Shown here piece by piece: positions 61,201 through 64,000 of a DNA stretch of 64,000 bases. The position numbers and the translations under genes are program-made. Numbering within the stretch: the first letter of the stretch is position 1; the number at the start of each line of letters is the position of its first letter. The notes beneath the pieces were generated by a model, which was not told the DNA's origin, did no database searches, and worked only from the letters and a program-made list of their open reading frames with translations. Origin of the DNA: Spirochaetia bacterium (GTDB taxonomy: Bacteria > Spirochaetota > Spirochaetia > UBA9216); contig OZ223272.1 of assembly GCA_965140585.1 (NCBI GenBank), positions 32,001 to 96,000 on the forward strand. The letters run 5' to 3'.

Positions 61201-62277
61201 TTATTCGTTGATACCTTTGGTGCCTCTTCTCTTGAGATACTTGTCCCAGTAGAAGTTGTCAGCATTGTCTTTTGTAACAACGGCAAGGCCGTTATCAAGC
61301 AGAGGTATACCGGTAGGGTTGTAGCCTGCATCTTTGTAGTCATTCATCGGATCAACCATGTCTGAATGCTTTGCAAGATAAAGCAGAAGCATTCCGTAGT
61401 ATCCCTGAAGACCCTGGTTCGGGTTGAGAGCAGCAAACATTTCACCGGCTTTGAGCATATCAAGAACCTTTGCATTAACGTCAACACACATTACCCTGAT
61501 GCCTGTTCCAAGTTCTTTGGCAGCCTGAGCAGCACCCATTCCTGAACTGGCTTCCGGCATGAAAACACCGCCGAGGTTCGGATGAGCCTGAGCCATTGTC
61601 ATAAGAGCCTGGTATGCCTTGTTCGGATCCTGGTTTGTAGCAGCTCTGGCAACAACTTTCATGTTGGGATATGCAGTTTCAATTCTTTCGATAAATGCCT
61701 TAACACGCTTGTCGTGGTTATCCTGTCCCGGATTTTCAAGAACAGCAACTTCACCTTTTTCTCCCATATCCTTAGCGATTGTATCGGCAGCAAAACTACC
61801 TTCTCTTGTGTTGTCGGAAGTTATGTAGGAAACACGCTTTGAATTGGGTGAGTCAGCAGCAAATGTAACAACAGGAATTCCCATTTCTGCGGCTCTGTTG
61901 ATAGGTTCAATGAATGCATCCGGATTCATCGGGTGAAGAAGGATACCGGCAGGTTTTTTAGCAAGAATCTGCTCAAATACAGCAAGCTGTTTGTTAACAT
62001 CGTATTCAGGAGTACCTGTATAAACAGTATCAACTCCAAGCTGCTGTCCGGCCTGCTTCATCATTTCATAAACGGGGAACCAGTATTCTACACCTGACAC
62101 CATAACACACATATAATATGTTTCACTGGGGTCGCCGATAAAAGGTGAACTAACCTCTTCTGCATCAGCAGCTGCAGGTGCGGCTGCTGCCTCTTCTTTT
62201 GCACAGCCGCTAAACCCCAGCAGCGCAAACACTGTCAGTACTGCAAGTACAAGAGCAAGAACTTTACTAGTCTTCAT
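61201..62277 (-). CDS. Sugar ABC transporter substrate-binding lipoprotein
   Basis: SGC lipobox, periplasmic binding fold (GIPVVTFAADSP). Confidence 0.9.
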   Translation of the reverse strand: MKTSKVLALVLAVLTVFALLGFSGCAKEEAAAAPAAADAEEVSSPFIGDPSETYYMCVMVSGVEYWFPVYEMMKQAGQQLGVDTVYTGTPEYDVNKQLAVFEQILAKKPAGILLHPMNPDAFIEPINRAAEMGIPVVTFAADSPNSKRVSYITSDNTREGSFAADTIAKDMGEKGEVAVLENPGQDNHDKRVKAFIERIETAYPNMKVVARAATNQDPNKAYQALMTMAQAHPNLGGVFMPEASSGMGAAQAAKELGTGIRVMCVDVNAKVLDMLKAGEMFAALNPNQGLQGYYGMLLLYLAKHSDMVDPMNDYKDAGYNPTGIPLLDNGLAVVTKDNADNFYWDKYLKRRGTKGINE

Positions 62278-62333
62278 AATCTCTCTCCTTTTATTATTGA
62301 ATTATTTTATGACATTTGTCAAAATGTATATAT

Positions 62334-62348
62334 GCAGTAAGCATGCCA
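62334..62348 (-). promoter_or_regulatory. Sigma-54 promoter of the ABC operon
   Basis: TGGCATGCTTACTGC with -24 GG / -12 GC spacing. Confidence 0.75.
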
Positions 62349-62422
62349 AAAATCTGAAAAACAGCTAAGTCACACATTCAGAATAAGTTAACAGATTCCG
62401 GGAAAATCTGTCAAAAATAATG

Positions 62423-62473
62423 TGTTCAGAATCTGGACAGATCTGTTCGAATTACATGTTCAGAAAATGTTCA
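62423..62473. promoter_or_regulatory. Putative UAS sites for the divergent NtrC-type regulator
   Basis: TGTTCAGAATCTGGACA and TGTTCAGAAAATGTTCA. Confidence 0.55.
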
Positions 62474-62537
62474 CTTCCCAGTTTGGTAAAGTTTTATCTT
62501 TGAAGGCTTAAAAAACCGTGTTAAAGTATTTCCACCG

Positions 62538-63845
62538 ATGAGCAGAATTTTAATACTTGATGATAATCAGAAGATTCTTGATACCCTCTCGCGTAATTTC
62601 GGTTCTGTAGGAATAGAATGCGCTACAGCTCCGGATATAAGCACCGCTTCGGGAATTCTCCAGTGCTGTCCGATTGATCTTGCAATTGTTGATATCAAGA
62701 TCGGAGAGGAAAGCGGCATTGACGCGCTGACTATGATCAAAAAAATGATACCGGATCTTCCGGTTCTGATGATAACCGGATTCGCCACAGTTGAAACAGC
62801 TGTTCAGGCAATAAAACTAGGTGCGAAGGAATACCTCAAAAAACCTGTAAGATTCCCTACCCTGCTGGAACAGGTAAAATCACTGCTCAGCGAGGAAGCC
62901 AGAGAGCTGCCTGCAATTCCCGAGATACAGACCCGTAACAGCAGAATGGTTGACGTAATAAAGAAATCACTGAAGCTGGCACAATCAAACCTGTCGGTAC
63001 TTATCCTCGGAGAAAGCGGCACCGGAAAAGAACTGCTTGCCGACCTCATACATAAATACTCTCCAAGAGAAGAAAAGAACTTCGTAAAGATAAACTGTGC
63101 CGCCTTTCCGGAATCACTGCTGGACAACGAACTCTTCGGTCACGAGAAGGGCGCCTACACCGGAGCAAATGACTGCTTCAAGGGCGTTTTTGAACAGGCC
63201 GATAACGGCTCTCTCTTCCTGGATGAACTTGGGGACATGCCCCTATCTATTCAGGCAAAGATCCTCCGGGCCATTCAGGAAAATGAAATAAGACGACTGG
63301 GCGGTAAGGAAATCATAAAGATTAACGTCCGCTTCATAGCGGCTACAAACAGGAATCTTGAAGAACTTGTTTCCGACAAGCTTTTTAGAAGCGACCTGTA
63401 CTACAGACTCAACTGCGCCTCTGTTTATATTCCGCCGCTTAGAGATCGGAAGGAGGATATCCCCCTGCTGATCGATTACTTTCTCAACCGTTATTCTGAT
63501 GAGGAAGCAAAACCACGTGTTTCAATTTCCGACCAGGCTATGGAACTGCTTCTGAATTATGACTGGCCGGGAAATGTGAGAGAGCTGAAAGCCGCCGTCA
63601 ATTACGGTGCAACAATATGTTCAAATGGAATCATGCTTCCTGAAGATCTGCCCATGTCTCATCCGGTAAAAACTATTGAGGAAACAGCCACACTCACTCC
63701 GGTTATGGCGGTTGAAAAAGAACTTATAATCAAAACTCTAATCAGAAACTCCTATAATAAAAAGAAAGCAGCAGAGGAACTCAGCATTTCAAGAACAACC
63801 CTGTACAGCAAGATGACTAAATACGGTATTACAGATGTCCTCTGA
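62538..63845 (+). CDS. NtrC-family sigma-54 response regulator
   Basis: Receiver domain (ILDD, VDIKI), GESGTGKE, GAYTGA, Fis HTH. Confidence 0.94.
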   Translation: MSRILILDDNQKILDTLSRNFGSVGIECATAPDISTASGILQCCPIDLAIVDIKIGEESGIDALTMIKKMIPDLPVLMITGFATVETAVQAIKLGAKEYLKKPVRFPTLLEQVKSLLSEEARELPAIPEIQTRNSRMVDVIKKSLKLAQSNLSVLILGESGTGKELLADLIHKYSPREEKNFVKINCAAFPESLLDNELFGHEKGAYTGANDCFKGVFEQADNGSLFLDELGDMPLSIQAKILRAIQENEIRRLGGKEIIKINVRFIAATNRNLEELVSDKLFRSDLYYRLNCASVYIPPLRDRKEDIPLLIDYFLNRYSDEEAKPRVSISDQAMELLLNYDWPGNVRELKAAVNYGATICSNGIMLPEDLPMSHPVKTIEETATLTPVMAVEKELIIKTLIRNSYNKKKAAEELSISRTTLYSKMTKYGITDVL

Positions 63846-64000
63846 TACGAACATTATAGAACTAAAGAAAATCTGTTTAAATTACGGCCAGACAAGTGTA
63901 CTGCGCAAGATTGATTTCAGCGTCCGCAAGGGTGAGATTCATGCAGTCATAGGAGAGCATGGTGCGGGCAAGTCTTCACTGGCAATGATCCTTTCCGGCC
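63835..64000 (+). CDS. N-terminus of an ABC ATPase domain protein (runs off window)
   Basis: Manual translation MSSDTNIIELKKICLNYG..VRKGEIHAVIGEHGAGKSSLA; overlaps the regulator's stop. Confidence 0.8.
   Translation, partial: MSSDTNIIELKKICLNYGQTSVLRKIDFSVRKGEIHAVIGEHGAGKSSLAMILSG

Overview
Bacterial chromosomal window. Protein style (e.g. 'FAGGDQES' solute-binding leader, TPR-GAF-GGDEF) suggests an anaerobic free-living spirochaete; this is inference only. Core-like flanks carry dgc, ettA, MATE, mscS and slyD on the left, and lon, GH3, two sugar ABC systems, trpE-GD-CF-B-A and an NtrC-type regulator on the right. Two things stand out. (1) A two-gene module I do not recognise is present twice in inverted orientation (5171-7746 intact; 10258-12774 decayed). 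It pairs a stand-alone MASE9-like membrane protein with a membrane protein built of two [TM bundle + OmpR/PhoB-like winged helix with a 4-Cys motif] halves, a candidate new membrane-tethered metal/redox-sensing regulator. (2) An accessory region of about 24 kb follows slyD. A ~1.2 kb direct repeat (slyD 3' end + intergenic + MBL gene; offset 17,882 bp) heads two parallel LysR/transporter/hydrolase cassettes. Between them lie an AOR locus with a broken activator, IS3 and IS91 remnants and an AraC-M23-serine hydrolase cassette. No rRNA, tRNA or CRISPR array was seen.
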